Assembly (NCBI GenBank): GCA_963798915.1
Contig: CAWCVB010000005.1
Coordinates: 441,291-505,290, forward strand
Direction: 5' to 3'
Length of the DNA: 64,000 nt
DNA from: an uncultured Gemmatimonadales bacterium
GTDB taxonomy: Bacteria; Gemmatimonadota; Gemmatimonadetes; Gemmatimonadales; GWC2-71-9
Numbering within the stretch: the stretch's first letter is position 1; each line of letters begins with the position of its first letter. The notes under the pieces are model-generated. The model was not told where the DNA came from. It was given only the letters and a program-made list of their open reading frames with translations, and did not search any database. A program made the translations under genes and the position numbers. Below, in pieces: positions 41,532-60,707 of the stretch.

Positions 41532-42220
41532 TGGCAACGCGTGGCAAGCGCTTCAGCGCAGCGATGGGAACCGTGGACCGGGCCCGGGAATATTCGGTGC
41601 CCGACGCCGTCCAGCTCGTCAAGGGAGCCGCCACGGCCAAGTTCGACGAGACCGTGGACATGGCCGTCCGCCTCGGCGTCGATCCTCGGCATGCCGACCA
41701 GGTGGTCCGCGGCACCGTGGTCCTGCCCCATGGGACCGGCAAGTCGGTCCGGGTGCTCGTGCTGGCCCAGGGCGACCGGGCTCAGGAGGCCCAGAACGCC
41801 GGGGCTGATTTCGTGGGTCCGGAATACCTGCAGAAGCTCAAGGATGGCTGGCTGGACTGCGACGTCATTGTCGCAACGCCGGACATGATGGGGCAGCTCG
41901 GCGCGCTGGGCCGCATTCTGGGTCCGCGCGGCCTGATGCCGAATCCCAAGGCCGGCACGGTCACCATGGACGTGACCAAGGCGGTCAAGGAGATCAAGGC
42001 AGGCAAGATCGAGTTCCGGGTGGACAAGACCGGCAATGTGCACGCGCCGGTGGGCAAGGCTTCCTTCTCGGCCGAACAGCTCACCCAGAACGTGCAGGCA
42101 TTCATGGACACCATCGTGCGGGCCAAGCCCAGCGCGGCCAAGGGGACCTACCTCCGGTCGGCAACGCTTTCCAGCACGATGGGGCCGGGCGTCCGGCTCG
42201 ACATGGCGGGGTACCGATGA
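41531..42220 (+). CDS. rplA: 50S ribosomal protein L1
   Basis: [37 protein letters not shown]. Confidence 0.98.
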   Translation: MATRGKRFSAAMGTVDRAREYSVPDAVQLVKGAATAKFDETVDMAVRLGVDPRHADQVVRGTVVLPHGTGKSVRVLVLAQGDRAQEAQNAGADFVGPEYLQKLKDGWLDCDVIVATPDMMGQLGALGRILGPRGLMPNPKAGTVTMDVTKAVKEIKAGKIEFRVDKTGNVHAPVGKASFSAEQLTQNVQAFMDTIVRAKPSAAKGTYLRSATLSSTMGPGVRLDMAGYR

Positions 42221-42708
42221 GCAAGACGGAACGGCAGGACGCGGTCGAGGCGCTGACGGCGCAGCTCAAGGCGGCGCCCAACGTCTACGTGACCGATTTC
42301 AGCGGCCTCAACGTGCTGCGGATGACCGAACTCCGCCGGCGCATGCGAGAGGCTGGCGTAACATATGTCGTGGTCAAGAACACCTTGGCACGCCGGGCCC
42401 TGGCGGCCAGCGACATCGGCAGTCTCGAGGAGCACCTGACCGGCCCCACGGGGCTGGTGCTGGCGACTGACGCATTGGCGGCCGCCAAGGTGATCACCGA
42501 GTTTGCCCGGGAGTTCGACAAGCCCACGGTCAAGGCCGGCTATCTGGAAGGCACCACCGTGGAACCGGCGTACATCAAGCGGCTGGGCGAGATCCCGTCC
42601 CGCGAGGTGCTGCTGGGACAGTTTGCCGGCGCACTCAATAGCGTTCTGTATTCGTTTGTCGCGGCCCTCGAGGCGCTTCGCGACCAGCGGCAGTCGTCCG
42701 CTGCTTAA
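42217..42708 (+). CDS. rplJ: 50S ribosomal protein L10
   Basis: DFSGL.V...ELR, VVKNTL..RA, L.GPT, PSRE.LL. Confidence 0.96.
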   Translation: MSKTERQDAVEALTAQLKAAPNVYVTDFSGLNVLRMTELRRRMREAGVTYVVVKNTLARRALAASDIGSLEEHLTGPTGLVLATDALAAAKVITEFAREFDKPTVKAGYLEGTTVEPAYIKRLGEIPSREVLLGQFAGALNSVLYSFVAALEALRDQRQSSAA

Positions 42709-42728
42709 CCGTGGGGAGAGAGAGCAAC

Positions 42729-43106
42729 ATGGCAACGATGAGCAATGAAGACATCCTCGAGGCGATCGGGGGCAAGACCGTCGTGGAGTTGGCCGACCTG
42801 ATCGACGCGTTCAAGGAGAAGTTCAACGTGACCGTCGCGGCGATGCCCGCCGGCGGCGCGGGGGCGGGCGGCGCGGCGCCGGTGGCCGAGGAGCAGTCGG
42901 AGTTCTCGGTGGTGCTGACCGGTGGCGGCGCCAAGAAGATCCAGGTCATCAAGGTGGTGCGCGAGATCACCAGCCTGGGCCTGAAGGAAGCCAAGGATGC
43001 GGTGGACAATGCCCCCAGCGTGCTGAAGGAAGGCATTTCCAAGGCCGAGGCAGAAGAGCTCAAGAAGCGTCTCGAAGATCAGGGCGCGACCGTCGAACTG
43101 AAGTAG
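42729..43106 (+). CDS. rplL: 50S ribosomal protein L7/L12
   Basis: Ala/Gly hinge, KI.VIK.VR.IT.LGLKEAK. Confidence 0.98.
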   Translation: MATMSNEDILEAIGGKTVVELADLIDAFKEKFNVTVAAMPAGGAGAGGAAPVAEEQSEFSVVLTGGGAKKIQVIKVVREITSLGLKEAKDAVDNAPSVLKEGISKAEAEELKKRLEDQGATVELK

Positions 43107-43297
43107 CGCGAAGCGCTGTCCCGAGCCGGAGGGCGCCGCTCTCCGGCCAAGGACCTGGCGTCTTCAACCTACATTCAGTGAGATGGCATGCACGCATTTC
43201 GTTCAGTCTGGTCCGTGATGGTTCCGAGCCCCAGAGCACCCCGCCCCCGGCGGGGATTCCGTGCTGGGGCCCTTTGTGCTGCGAGTGAGAGAGTCGG

Positions 43298-52337
<9,040 letters not shown>

Positions 52338-52369
52338 CCGGCCGGCCCGCTTTCTGGCCCCTCGGCAGC

Positions 52370-52411
52370 ACGACAGCGGCGCACCGTACTCCGGTGCGCC
52401 GCTGTCGTTTT
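52370..52411 (+). terminator. Intrinsic terminator of rpoBC
   Basis: Perfect 17-bp stem acgacagcggcgcaccg/cggtgcgccgctgtcgt followed by a short T run. Confidence 0.75.
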
Positions 52412-52484
52412 CCCGTCCGTGGTTTGACGAGGGGCGTACGACGCTTCAGATTGGAGCCACTCTCTCCTGAGCCGGCGGAGCGCC

Positions 52485-53144
52485 GTGACCATTCCCTTCG
52501 AGCTTGAGCAAGTGCTGCGCGCCGGCAGTCCTGCAGATCGGGAGACTGCCTGGGCAGACCTGGTCGCGCGTCACACCCGGCTCTTCCTGGCGGTCGCCCG
52601 GTCATTCGGCGGCTCTCGGGACGAGGCAATGGAGCGGTACAGTTACATCATCGAGAAGTTGTACGAGAATGACTACCGGCGGCTCCGGGCATTCCAGCTC
52701 GATGGCGGCGCCCTGTTCTCCACGTGGCTCACGGTCACCGCGCGTCGTCTCTGTCTCGATCACTATCGTGCCCGTTACGGCCGTGCCCGACCCGCCCGTG
52801 ATCGCCAACAGGCTGATGCCCTCCGCTCGCTGCGCCGCCGCTTGCAGGATGCAACCGCGGTCGCCATTGAGCCTGACCTGCTCCCGGACGAGTCATCGCT
52901 CTCGGCCGAGAGCGAGGCCATCAGGCGGGAGCGCGACGAACGCCTGCAACTGGTGTTGGAGGCGCTCCCGGCCGGCGACCGCCTGCTTCTCCGCCTCAGG
53001 TTCGAGGACGATCTTTCCGCGTCCCGCATCGCCAGCGCGCTGGGGCTCCCCACGCCCTTTCATGTGTATCGACGGCTGAATGCCGTGCTGACCCGCCTTC
53101 GCGCGGCGCTGCAGTCGGGCGGCATCGACGGCAGTGCCGGCTGA
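52485..53144 (+). CDS. ECF-type sigma factor
   Basis: Region 2 FSTWL...ARRLCLDHYR; region 4 L...DRLLL.LRF..DLS...IA.ALG. Confidence 0.88.
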   Translation: MTIPFELEQVLRAGSPADRETAWADLVARHTRLFLAVARSFGGSRDEAMERYSYIIEKLYENDYRRLRAFQLDGGALFSTWLTVTARRLCLDHYRARYGRARPARDRQQADALRSLRRRLQDATAVAIEPDLLPDESSLSAESEAIRRERDERLQLVLEALPAGDRLLLRLRFEDDLSASRIASALGLPTPFHVYRRLNAVLTRLRAALQSGGIDGSAG

Positions 53145-53180
53145 AGCGGCCGCAATCTGCATGGAAATGACCGTGAAACA

Positions 53181-53786
53181 ATGACAAGCGACCATGCTGG
53201 GTCGCGGCCGCCGCCGCGGGCGGCGGGGACCGACCGGGAGCAGCACATGGATACTCTGGATGTTGCCAGGTACCTCGACCGGCGACTGCCGGCGGAACAC
53301 CGCGCACGAGTCGAAGCCCATCTGGCCGGCTGTAACAGCTGCCGGGACGAGGTCGTGGCTGTCAGCGGGCTGCTGGCGCATGCCCGGCGGCGGCGACGAC
53401 TGGTATTTACGGCTCCGCTTGCCGTCGCCGCGGCGATACTGCTGGTCCTGCTCCCGCGGATGGGAAACCGCCAGAATCAGGGTCTGGAACTCCGGAGGGG
53501 CGCGAGCGCCGACGTGCTCACCGCGTATGGCCCGCTGGGGGAGAGCGCGAGCGCTCGTCCCCGGTTTGTGTGGGGAGCAGTCCCGAACGTTCAGAGTTAC
53601 CGGCTGACCGTGAGCCGAGCCAACGGTACGACGCTGTGGTCGGGAAGCAGCGCCGATACGGGCCGGAGTCTTCCCGATTCCATGACGCTTCACGCCGGCG
53701 CCTCCTACTGGTGGGTTGCGGATGCATTGCTGGACGACGGCACCAGCCGCTCCACTGGCGTCCACAATTTCCGCGTCGCCCCGTGA
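53181..53786 (+). CDS. Zinc-binding (zf-HC2) anti-sigma factor with TM and extracytoplasmic domain
   Basis: YLD..L......VEAHLAGCNSC, TM LAVAAAILLVLL, then a beta-rich domain (F.W..V.....Y.....Y.W). Confidence 0.85.
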   Translation: MTSDHAGSRPPPRAAGTDREQHMDTLDVARYLDRRLPAEHRARVEAHLAGCNSCRDEVVAVSGLLAHARRRRRLVFTAPLAVAAAILLVLLPRMGNRQNQGLELRRGASADVLTAYGPLGESASARPRFVWGAVPNVQSYRLTVSRANGTTLWSGSSADTGRSLPDSMTLHAGASYWWVADALLDDGTSRSTGVHNFRVAP

Positions 53787-56704
53787 AGAGCGGACGCAGG
53801 TGTCCGCCCGCCGTCGTTGTGGCGGTGCTGCTGGTTGCCTGTGTCGCGCGAGATCATCAGCCGCCGGCTCTCCTCAACCGGAGTGACAATGTTCCGGCGG
53901 CGCTACCAGCCAATCCCGACTCCCTCGCCTTCCGCCTGGCCGTCGCGCCCGAATCACTCTTCGCGGCCGGGCTCGAATTGTATTATCGCGATTCGTTTGA
54001 CAGTGCCCGTCACGTCTGGCAAGTCGAAGCGCGCCGAGCCTCCGGCAAGGATTCGTCTTCTCTGGGCCGCACGCTCATGTGGCTGGGCCTGGCGCAACGG
54101 CACCTGGGAAACCTGGTCGAAGCACGCCGCAGTGAAGAATCAGCGCTGGGTGTCAAGCAGCGCTTCGGCCAGGACGCTCAGATCTCCCGGTCGTTCAACG
54201 CACTGGGTCTGGTGGCTTGGGATCAGGGCCGATATCGCGAGGCGCTGGCGTATTTCGATTCGGCAGAAGCGCGCGCATGGCAGAATGGGGACAGCGTCGG
54301 CGCTGTCCGGGCTGCGCTCAACGTGCCGCTCGTTCAGGTCGACCTGGGAGACTACGCAGCCGCTCGCGCCGGATTCGAGGCGGCGCTGTACCAGGCGCGC
54401 GCCCTGCGCAACGAGCAGTTTCAGGCCAATGCGCTGGCTAACCTGGCGATGCTCGAAATCCGGGTGGGAGATCCCTCTGCCGCGCTCCCACTTCTCGCCC
54501 AGGCACGCGCGCTCTACCAGCGGCTCGACTACCGCGTGGGCGAAGCCAATGCGCTGGGACAGTTGGCCACTGCATGGAGTGCGCTAGGCGATCTTCAACG
54601 CGCCATCGCGTTGGCCGATTCCGACCTGACGCTTGCCCGATCGGAGGGAATGGTGGCCGAGGTAGCGGCCATCCTCGAGATCGAGGCTGATCTCCACCTT
54701 CAAGCCGGAAGCCCCCGGCTGGCTCTGCTCCGGCTTCGCGACGCCGATAGCCTGGATGCGGCTGTGGGCCTGCCAAACGAGCGGGGGAACAACCTCCGCC
54801 GTTCGGCCACCATCCTGCTCAGCATGGGAGAGCCATCGGCCGCCGTCGAGAGGGCGCGCGCCGCGCTTGCCCTGCATGACTCACTCGGAGCACGAGCCGA
54901 GGTGGTGCTGGACCGGCTGGAATTGGCGGGGGCCTTGCTTGCGGCGGGAGAGCCTGATCGCGCCCGCCAGGAGGCGGATGTCGGCCTGCGGGAAGCGGAA
55001 TCGATGGGGAACCCATCGCTGGAGCGGCGCGCGGCAGGCGTGGCAGCACAGGTGGCGCTTGACGGTGGAGACCCTCGGCTGGCGTTGCGCTACGCATCCC
55101 GCGCCGGCGCCGCTCAAGGCATCAGTGACTGGACCCTGCCGTCTTTGCGAGCCGGCGCCTTGCTTCAGTTGGGCCACCTGCCAGAGGCGCGAGGAGAAGC
55201 GCAGCGGGCGGTTGCGGCAGTGGAACGCGAGCGCGCATCTCTGGCCCTGGGCCCACTGCGGTCGAGTTATCTCCAAGGCAGGATCGAGGTATTCGCCCGG
55301 CTGGTGCAGATCCAGCTGGCGTTGGGCGATACGGCCGCCGCGTTCGAGACTGCTGCCGCGGTTCCAGGCCGCGGGTTGCTCGAGCGTCTGGGCCAGGTTT
55401 CCAATCCCAAGGGGAACATTGGTGGTGCGGCAGACGCTGAGCGACTACTGCGAGAGGCGGCAGAAGTGGAGGCGGAGTTGGCTGCCCTTGGGTCAGGCCT
55501 CAAGGACCGGGGTCGGGTCCAACCGCTGACGCGGCGGCTATCTGCACTGCGCAGTGTCTATGAGGAATACTTGGCACACCACGCTGCGTCGCCCTCGGAT
55601 CGGCTACTCGGTCTGGGCCGCGTGCGCTTGCAGGAAATTCAGGCTGCACTGTCTCAGGACGAGGGTCTCCTTACGTACCTGTCCAGCGCGAACCGCCTGG
55701 ACGCCTTTCTGGTAACGCGAACCCACCTGGCGTATCGCAGCAGCTCGACCGGGTCGCGGGATCTCGCTGGCCGGATCCGAGTGACGAGGGAGTTGCTGAT
55801 CCGGGGCGGATCGGAGTCTCCCTTGCGCCAGTCCCTGGGTGACTTGTACCGAGTGCTTATCGGCGATTTCGCTCGCACCGGCTCGCTTCAGGGCGTCCAG
55901 CGGATCGTGATCGTCCCGCATGCTGCCCTCGAGGCGATGCCTTTCGCGGCGCTGTGGAATCAGCAGGCCAGCCGGTTCCTGGTTCAGGATATCTCCATCG
56001 CGTATCTGCCGGCGGTCGGGGCCCTGACGGTGCGGCAGGGCCCGGCTCGAAACGTCATGCGGGGCCTGATTGTCTTTGCCCCGCTTCCTGATTCCCTGCC
56101 TGGCACGGCCCGGGAAGCACGCGCCATTGCACGGTTGGTTCCCGGAGCGGAGCTACGAGTCGGTCGCTCCTCCTCGGAATCGGAAGTTCGCCGGTCGCTA
56201 CAGTCGGCCCGTCCCGTGCACATCGCCTCGCACGGGATGCACAACGCGCATAACCCCCTGTTCTCGCGGATCACTGTCGGGCGGTCATCCGACGCCAAGG
56301 GCGGGGACGGGAAGCTTCAGGTCCATGAGATCCTCCGGCTGACGGTTTCAAGTCCGTTGGTCTTCCTCTCAGGCTGTGAGACTGGGCTTGTTGCATCGGG
56401 GCAGGAGCCCTTCACCCGCAAGATGGAGGAGGGAGGGCTCGCCCAGGCGTTGCTCGCGGCGGGCGCGGGTACAGTCGTCGCGACGCTCTGGCGAGTTGAA
56501 GACCAGTCGGCGGCCGATCTGGCCCAGAGCTTCTACCGAGGGCTCTCGACCGGTGCCGCTCCCGCGGAAGCGCTGGCTCAGGCACAGCGGCTGCAGATCC
56601 AGTCGAACCGGAACCTGGACTGGGCCGCCTACACGGTGAGCGGGCTGTCACCGGTGCGCGCAATTCCGGCAACGATGTCCGTGCAACAAATACCGGGGTC
56701 GTGA
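53783..56704 (+). CDS. TPR + CHAT (caspase-like) protease with lipoprotein-type signal
   Basis: VVVAVLLVA-C, many TPRs, HIASHG (catalytic His), LSGCETG (catalytic Cys), ATLW.V.D, W.A.; GTGA overlap with the anti-sigma gene. Confidence 0.9.
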   Translation: MKSGRRCPPAVVVAVLLVACVARDHQPPALLNRSDNVPAALPANPDSLAFRLAVAPESLFAAGLELYYRDSFDSARHVWQVEARRASGKDSSSLGRTLMWLGLAQRHLGNLVEARRSEESALGVKQRFGQDAQISRSFNALGLVAWDQGRYREALAYFDSAEARAWQNGDSVGAVRAALNVPLVQVDLGDYAAARAGFEAALYQARALRNEQFQANALANLAMLEIRVGDPSAALPLLAQARALYQRLDYRVGEANALGQLATAWSALGDLQRAIALADSDLTLARSEGMVAEVAAILEIEADLHLQAGSPRLALLRLRDADSLDAAVGLPNERGNNLRRSATILLSMGEPSAAVERARAALALHDSLGARAEVVLDRLELAGALLAAGEPDRARQEADVGLREAESMGNPSLERRAAGVAAQVALDGGDPRLALRYASRAGAAQGISDWTLPSLRAGALLQLGHLPEARGEAQRAVAAVERERASLALGPLRSSYLQGRIEVFARLVQIQLALGDTAAAFETAAAVPGRGLLERLGQVSNPKGNIGGAADAERLLREAAEVEAELAALGSGLKDRGRVQPLTRRLSALRSVYEEYLAHHAASPSDRLLGLGRVRLQEIQAALSQDEGLLTYLSSANRLDAFLVTRTHLAYRSSSTGSRDLAGRIRVTRELLIRGGSESPLRQSLGDLYRVLIGDFARTGSLQGVQRIVIVPHAALEAMPFAALWNQQASRFLVQDISIAYLPAVGALTVRQGPARNVMRGLIVFAPLPDSLPGTAREARAIARLVPGAELRVGRSSSESEVRRSLQSARPVHIASHGMHNAHNPLFSRITVGRSSDAKGGDGKLQVHEILRLTVSSPLVFLSGCETGLVASGQEPFTRKMEEGGLAQALLAAGAGTVVATLWRVEDQSAADLAQSFYRGLSTGAAPAEALAQAQRLQIQSNRNLDWAAYTVSGLSPVRAIPATMSVQQIPGS

Positions 56705-56751
56705 ATCCCACGGGCCCGTTCCTGACCAGCGCCGACGCGCCGGAGCCAGTC

Positions 56752-57768
56752 ATGTGCCAGTCTCTGAAGTGGAAGCGCCTCGTTGCCAGGGTATCGGCTG
56801 GCCTGATGGTGGTGACCACTCTGAGTTGCGGGGGCGGTGAGCCCACCGGGCCTGTCGCGGAGCCAATGGCCGCGAAGGGCCACGTAGCCACGGTCACAGT
56901 CCAGCAGGCCGATCCGGCTGCCGGCAGCCAGGGTGTGGTGAACCTGCGGGTGCGAATCTTCGGGTCGGGGTTCAGCAAGGGGGCCGTGGCAGACTGGGAG
57001 CGGAATGGGGTGGCTGACCCGGCGATTACTGTCAGCTCAACCCAGTACGTGAGCTCGACCGAAGTGGATGCAACCGTCAGCATTGCGGCTGACGCCGAGG
57101 TGGCATCCTACGATGTGGCCGTTACAAGCGGCGGCAAGAAGGGCATCGGGACCGAGCTGTTCGCGGTGACATTGGCCGATCCCACTGCCACCTGGTTTGT
57201 GCCCGTGGGCGATGCCAGCGTAGCGTTTCAGGGCGACCATGCCGATACGGTCCTGGCGGTGAATGGCGGACCAGCGACCAGTTACGCGCGGTACCGCGAC
57301 GGAGAGTGCGGCGTGAGCGCGACCATATTCGCAACCGTGTCCGGGTCGACCACCGGCGATGCCACGATCCTGCCGAGCGTTTCCGGGCGCAAGGGCTGCA
57401 GCCGTCGGTTCACGTTTGTGTATCCCGACCAGAGCAGCGAGATGGTCCGGAGCTTCAACAACTTGCGCGAACTGCAGAACGGTCTCTTCGCTATTCCTCC
57501 AGGCCAGACCATCAACCGGCGGCTCATTGTGGCGCCGGACGCCCTCAGCCACAATCCCTCGCGCTGCGGGCGGCTCCTGTTTGGCCAGAACGACGGGCCG
57601 AATGGCCTTGTGGGCGTGGGCAGCGACAGCGTCAGCGTGACACGCCTCAATTCCGTGACGTGGCTGGTCCAGTCCCAACCCGGTCGCGTCAAGGCGACGT
57701 GTGAGAACACAGGCGAGATTCTGGACATGCCCGTGCGCTTTCTCGTGGAGTCCAGCCGGCCGCTGTAA
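56752..57768 (+). CDS. Lipoprotein with Ig-like domain and family-specific C-terminal domain
   Basis: TTLS-C lipobox; V.I.GSGF..GA...YDV.V Ig-like domain; C-terminal domain shared with the next gene. Confidence 0.75.
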   Translation: MCQSLKWKRLVARVSAGLMVVTTLSCGGGEPTGPVAEPMAAKGHVATVTVQQADPAAGSQGVVNLRVRIFGSGFSKGAVADWERNGVADPAITVSSTQYVSSTEVDATVSIAADAEVASYDVAVTSGGKKGIGTELFAVTLADPTATWFVPVGDASVAFQGDHADTVLAVNGGPATSYARYRDGECGVSATIFATVSGSTTGDATILPSVSGRKGCSRRFTFVYPDQSSEMVRSFNNLRELQNGLFAIPPGQTINRRLIVAPDALSHNPSRCGRLLFGQNDGPNGLVGVGSDSVSVTRLNSVTWLVQSQPGRVKATCENTGEILDMPVRFLVESSRPL

Positions 57769-57988
57769 CGTGCGATAGTTGATCGCAACCTCGCTCGCCC
57801 GACGCGCCTCACTGGCGACGCGCGAGATTCGCTGCGCGTCGCCAGCAATCTGCCCCTGCATCTCCCAGAGCACCGCACCCATATCAACCAGTTACGGGCC
57901 CTCTGGCCGGACCGCTCAGCAAACGCGGGACGGTCGTCCGTGTAATGGGAAGAGCGAGGTTCAGGACCACTGTCTCGGGAGGCGCGAC

Positions 57989-58729
57989 ATGTATTCAGGT
58001 CTGCTGGCGCTTGCAGCGTGCGCGATGCTGATGGGCTGTGCGGATGACGCCGCTGCCCCGGTAACCCGGGACTTGGACAAGAGCGCGCACGGGGGGCGCG
58101 GCAACATCGATACCGATTCTCGGGCCGTCCTCGCCTGGAACGATCAGGTGGGCGGTATCCCGACGGCCATCACCGGTGACGGACTCGATCGGCAGGCCCT
58201 CACCATCGGGACGTTGAATACGTACGAGGGCCAGTTCTGCGGAGTGCACGGCAAAATCTTCAACACGCCCTCGGCATCGAATTCCGGTGATCTGGTTTTC
58301 GATCCCGACTTCAACTATCCGAGCCAGACGTGCGGGCCAGCGCGTTATCTCAACTTCTATCTCTCCTACGACGCCACGAGCCAGCAGCGCGGCGCCGCCC
58401 TGCACCTGGCTCCTTTCATGAACGTCCCCAGGATCTGGGCGATCCCGTCCGGTGAGACAAGCGTTCAGAATATGCCCATCGCCGTCAACCAGCCGGGATG
58501 CGCCAGCCTGGTCTTCAACAGCGACCGGTATCCCGGATCCGACAACGTCCTGGTGACCCGCCTGGACGACGGCTCCGGCGCGCGGGCCTGGCGTGTCGAG
58601 AGCTTCGGGGGGCACCTGGCAATGTGCACCGTGACCCAGCATGGGAAGGACGTGGCGAACGGGACCCGATATCTCCCCTTCAGCTTCACCGTGACCGAAG
58701 TGTTCTACCCGTATCCAAGCTACCCCTGA
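57989..58729 (+). CDS. Hypothetical lipoprotein, paralog of 56752
   Basis: RBS GGGAGG; MLMG-C; CGV..IF, GSD.V.VTRL, W.V.S shared. Confidence 0.8.
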   Translation: MYSGLLALAACAMLMGCADDAAAPVTRDLDKSAHGGRGNIDTDSRAVLAWNDQVGGIPTAITGDGLDRQALTIGTLNTYEGQFCGVHGKIFNTPSASNSGDLVFDPDFNYPSQTCGPARYLNFYLSYDATSQQRGAALHLAPFMNVPRIWAIPSGETSVQNMPIAVNQPGCASLVFNSDRYPGSDNVLVTRLDDGSGARAWRVESFGGHLAMCTVTQHGKDVANGTRYLPFSFTVTEVFYPYPSYP

Positions 58730-58783
58730 CTGATCCAGTTGCCAGGTTTTCTGACCACCCTTCCATTCCTACGGAGGATTGCC

Positions 58784-59548
58784 ATGCCTCGTTGTTCAGT
58801 GCCGTGCCTTCTGCTTCTTGGCGTGCTCGCTGGCGCATGCGTCGGGGACACGCCGACCGCTCCCGTGAACCTCAGGGCCGCCAAGGGTGGCGCCGGAGGT
58901 GGAGGGAGCAGCGACATGACAGTCACTTCGGTGGTGGCTGATGCCGACGCGAGCATAGCCCCAATGCTCCAGCTCCGAAGCGACGGACTGGGCGCTTACC
59001 AGAATTCCAGCTCGCTCAGCTCGATCATTCAGGGGATCGGCGCCTGGGTTCTGGATGTCAAGACTCCGCGCAATGCCACCCGGCAAGTGTATCTCGACTT
59101 CAGCCAGCCCGTGGCAGGCAGCGGACCCAATGGCGGCGCACCGATCGCGCTTCCGTCCGGCCTGTATCAGGTGAGGATCATCTCGAAATGCAATGCGTAC
59201 GGAACGACCATGCAGGACCTCGCACCCGGCGGGACGACAATCTGTCCGCTGCACATCGCATTCGATCACGATGGGGTTGGCTACGCGCTCCAGATGAATC
59301 CCCAGAGCGGTGACGCCGACGGATCCTATGCGGAAACGGAACCTGCCCGCATCACCTGCGTGACGCCAGCGTCGGGAGCCGGCAGTTGCACTGGATGGAC
59401 GCTTACCCCAACGGGAGTGCTACCGGACGGGACCGGGCTGGGGAACGTCGCCAAGTTGCTCAGGTACCAGACCAGCAAAGGGAAGACGACGAAGGTGGAG
59501 CAGGGAGATTTCCTCTTCTCGTTCGCGATTGCGGTGACCAGACCCTGA
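58784..59548 (+). CDS. Hypothetical lipoprotein (distant paralog)
   Basis: RBS GGAGG; LAGA-C; SDGL and terminal FSF.I.VT echo the previous gene. Confidence 0.8.
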   Translation: MPRCSVPCLLLLGVLAGACVGDTPTAPVNLRAAKGGAGGGGSSDMTVTSVVADADASIAPMLQLRSDGLGAYQNSSSLSSIIQGIGAWVLDVKTPRNATRQVYLDFSQPVAGSGPNGGAPIALPSGLYQVRIISKCNAYGTTMQDLAPGGTTICPLHIAFDHDGVGYALQMNPQSGDADGSYAETEPARITCVTPASGAGSCTGWTLTPTGVLPDGTGLGNVAKLLRYQTSKGKTTKVEQGDFLFSFAIAVTRP

Positions 59549-59626
59549 TCCCGCGGCGCGGGCTGCGCTCCCTGGACGGCGCGCCGCCCGTGCTGTCACG
59601 TTGCGCCCACTCGTCAGGAGGAACCC

Positions 59627-60163
59627 ATGCGGCAGCTCCTTGGCTCTCTCGCGCTTTCGGCACTCGTCACGGCTGGATGCGCCGACTCCATCTCTCCGGA
59701 GGCAACGCCCCAGGCCGCGTCTGCCCTGGCACTCGCGTCGGTCGGGAGTCCTGCAACCCGCGATGCGATGACGGACTATCTGGAATACACCACGACCCTG
59801 GGGGGGAAGGTTCTGGGCTGCGTGGGCGAGCCGGTCATCGTCACCTTCCGCTATACGACACGGTTGCAGCGCCTGACCGATGGAGCCGGTGGCTTCCACG
59901 GCATCTTCACGCTGGTCGACAAGGGAACGACGGGGGTGGGCGCGAGCACTGGTACCCTGTTCCTCATGCAGGAAGGCCAGTCGGAGAATATCCAGCAGCG
60001 TATCGACGGGTTCCCGGTGAGTTACACGGCGAACTTCATTCGCCGCTTCATCTCCCGTGGATCAGCGACCAACTTCCGGGTCCATAACCTGACGCATTTT
60101 ACGATTGATGCCTCGGGTGAGACCACTGTTGATTTTAGCAGCTCGGATGCGACCTGCCACTAA
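59627..60163 (+). CDS. Hypothetical lipoprotein
   Basis: RBS AGGAGG; VTAG-C; beta-rich with a Cys pair (CVGE ... terminal CH). Confidence 0.8.
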   Translation: MRQLLGSLALSALVTAGCADSISPEATPQAASALALASVGSPATRDAMTDYLEYTTTLGGKVLGCVGEPVIVTFRYTTRLQRLTDGAGGFHGIFTLVDKGTTGVGASTGTLFLMQEGQSENIQQRIDGFPVSYTANFIRRFISRGSATNFRVHNLTHFTIDASGETTVDFSSSDATCH

Positions 60164-60234
60164 GTCACCTTCGAGTAAGACCGGCTGGCCACATGCGCTT
60201 TCGGGAAAATCTCATCTACGGGCGCTTCGTCCTG

Positions 60235-60381
60235 GCCGGCAGCGGCATCTATCGCTACGCTGAAATCGATATCGAGCCGCCGGAAGGCTACGAGATGCCC
60301 GAGGTAATCCCTGAGGTCGAGGCCCCGGTGCCCGAACTCGGTGTTGCAGTCCCGGTCGGTGCGGGGGCAGCCGACGAGTAG
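60235..60381 (+). repeat. rpoC 3'-end direct repeat, copy B (orphan; inside the 62-aa ORF 60193-60381)
   Basis: Encodes [48 protein letters not shown], versus ...GAGAEAE in rpoC. Confidence 0.95.
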
Positions 60382-60437
60382 AGCGGGACTGCAGCACAGT
60401 GCGCCCGCAAGAGCCGCGCGACATGCTTAGTGAGACG

Positions 60438-60476
60438 GAAGGGCGGCGCCCGGGATTCCGGGTGCCGCTCTTTCTT
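60438..60476 (+). terminator. Intrinsic terminator after rpoC copy B
   Basis: gaagggcggcgcccgg-gatt-ccgggtgccgctcttt followed by ctt. Confidence 0.65.
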
Positions 60477-60707
60477 GTCGGAACGATTCCTACTGACGAA
60501 TCCACCTGCGAGCGTTAACGTAGCTTGCCACCCGCCGCACCCGCCGCACCGAAATCCGAGAGGTCTGAATGGCGTACGTTTGGGTGGGGCCAACGGAATT
60601 GGGACAGCCGCGGGTGTGCTTGGTGGTCGCAGAATGGCGGTCGCTCATCCGTCAAGGCATCGTTATTGACCAATTCCCTCTACCAACCTTGGTATCAGGA
60701 GGCTACA

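Larger units (their letters stand above)
52338..60381. mobile_element. Putative integrated cassette at the rpoC 3' end (no integrase seen)
   Basis: Accessory genes flanked by the duplicated rpoC 3' end, each copy followed by its own terminator. Confidence 0.6.

Noticed and set aside
52485..56704. Type III-E CRISPR Craspase locus
   Set aside because: No Cas7-11 gene or array; the resemblance is only the CHAT/anti-sigma/sigma logic.
53152..57853. Shared GCAATCTGC 9-mer (53152 and 57845) as the cassette sigma promoter
   Set aside because: Only two copies, no consistent -10 element, absent before the other lipoprotein genes.
52338..60234. Prophage or IS element
   Set aside because: No integrase, transposase, structural or replication genes recognised.
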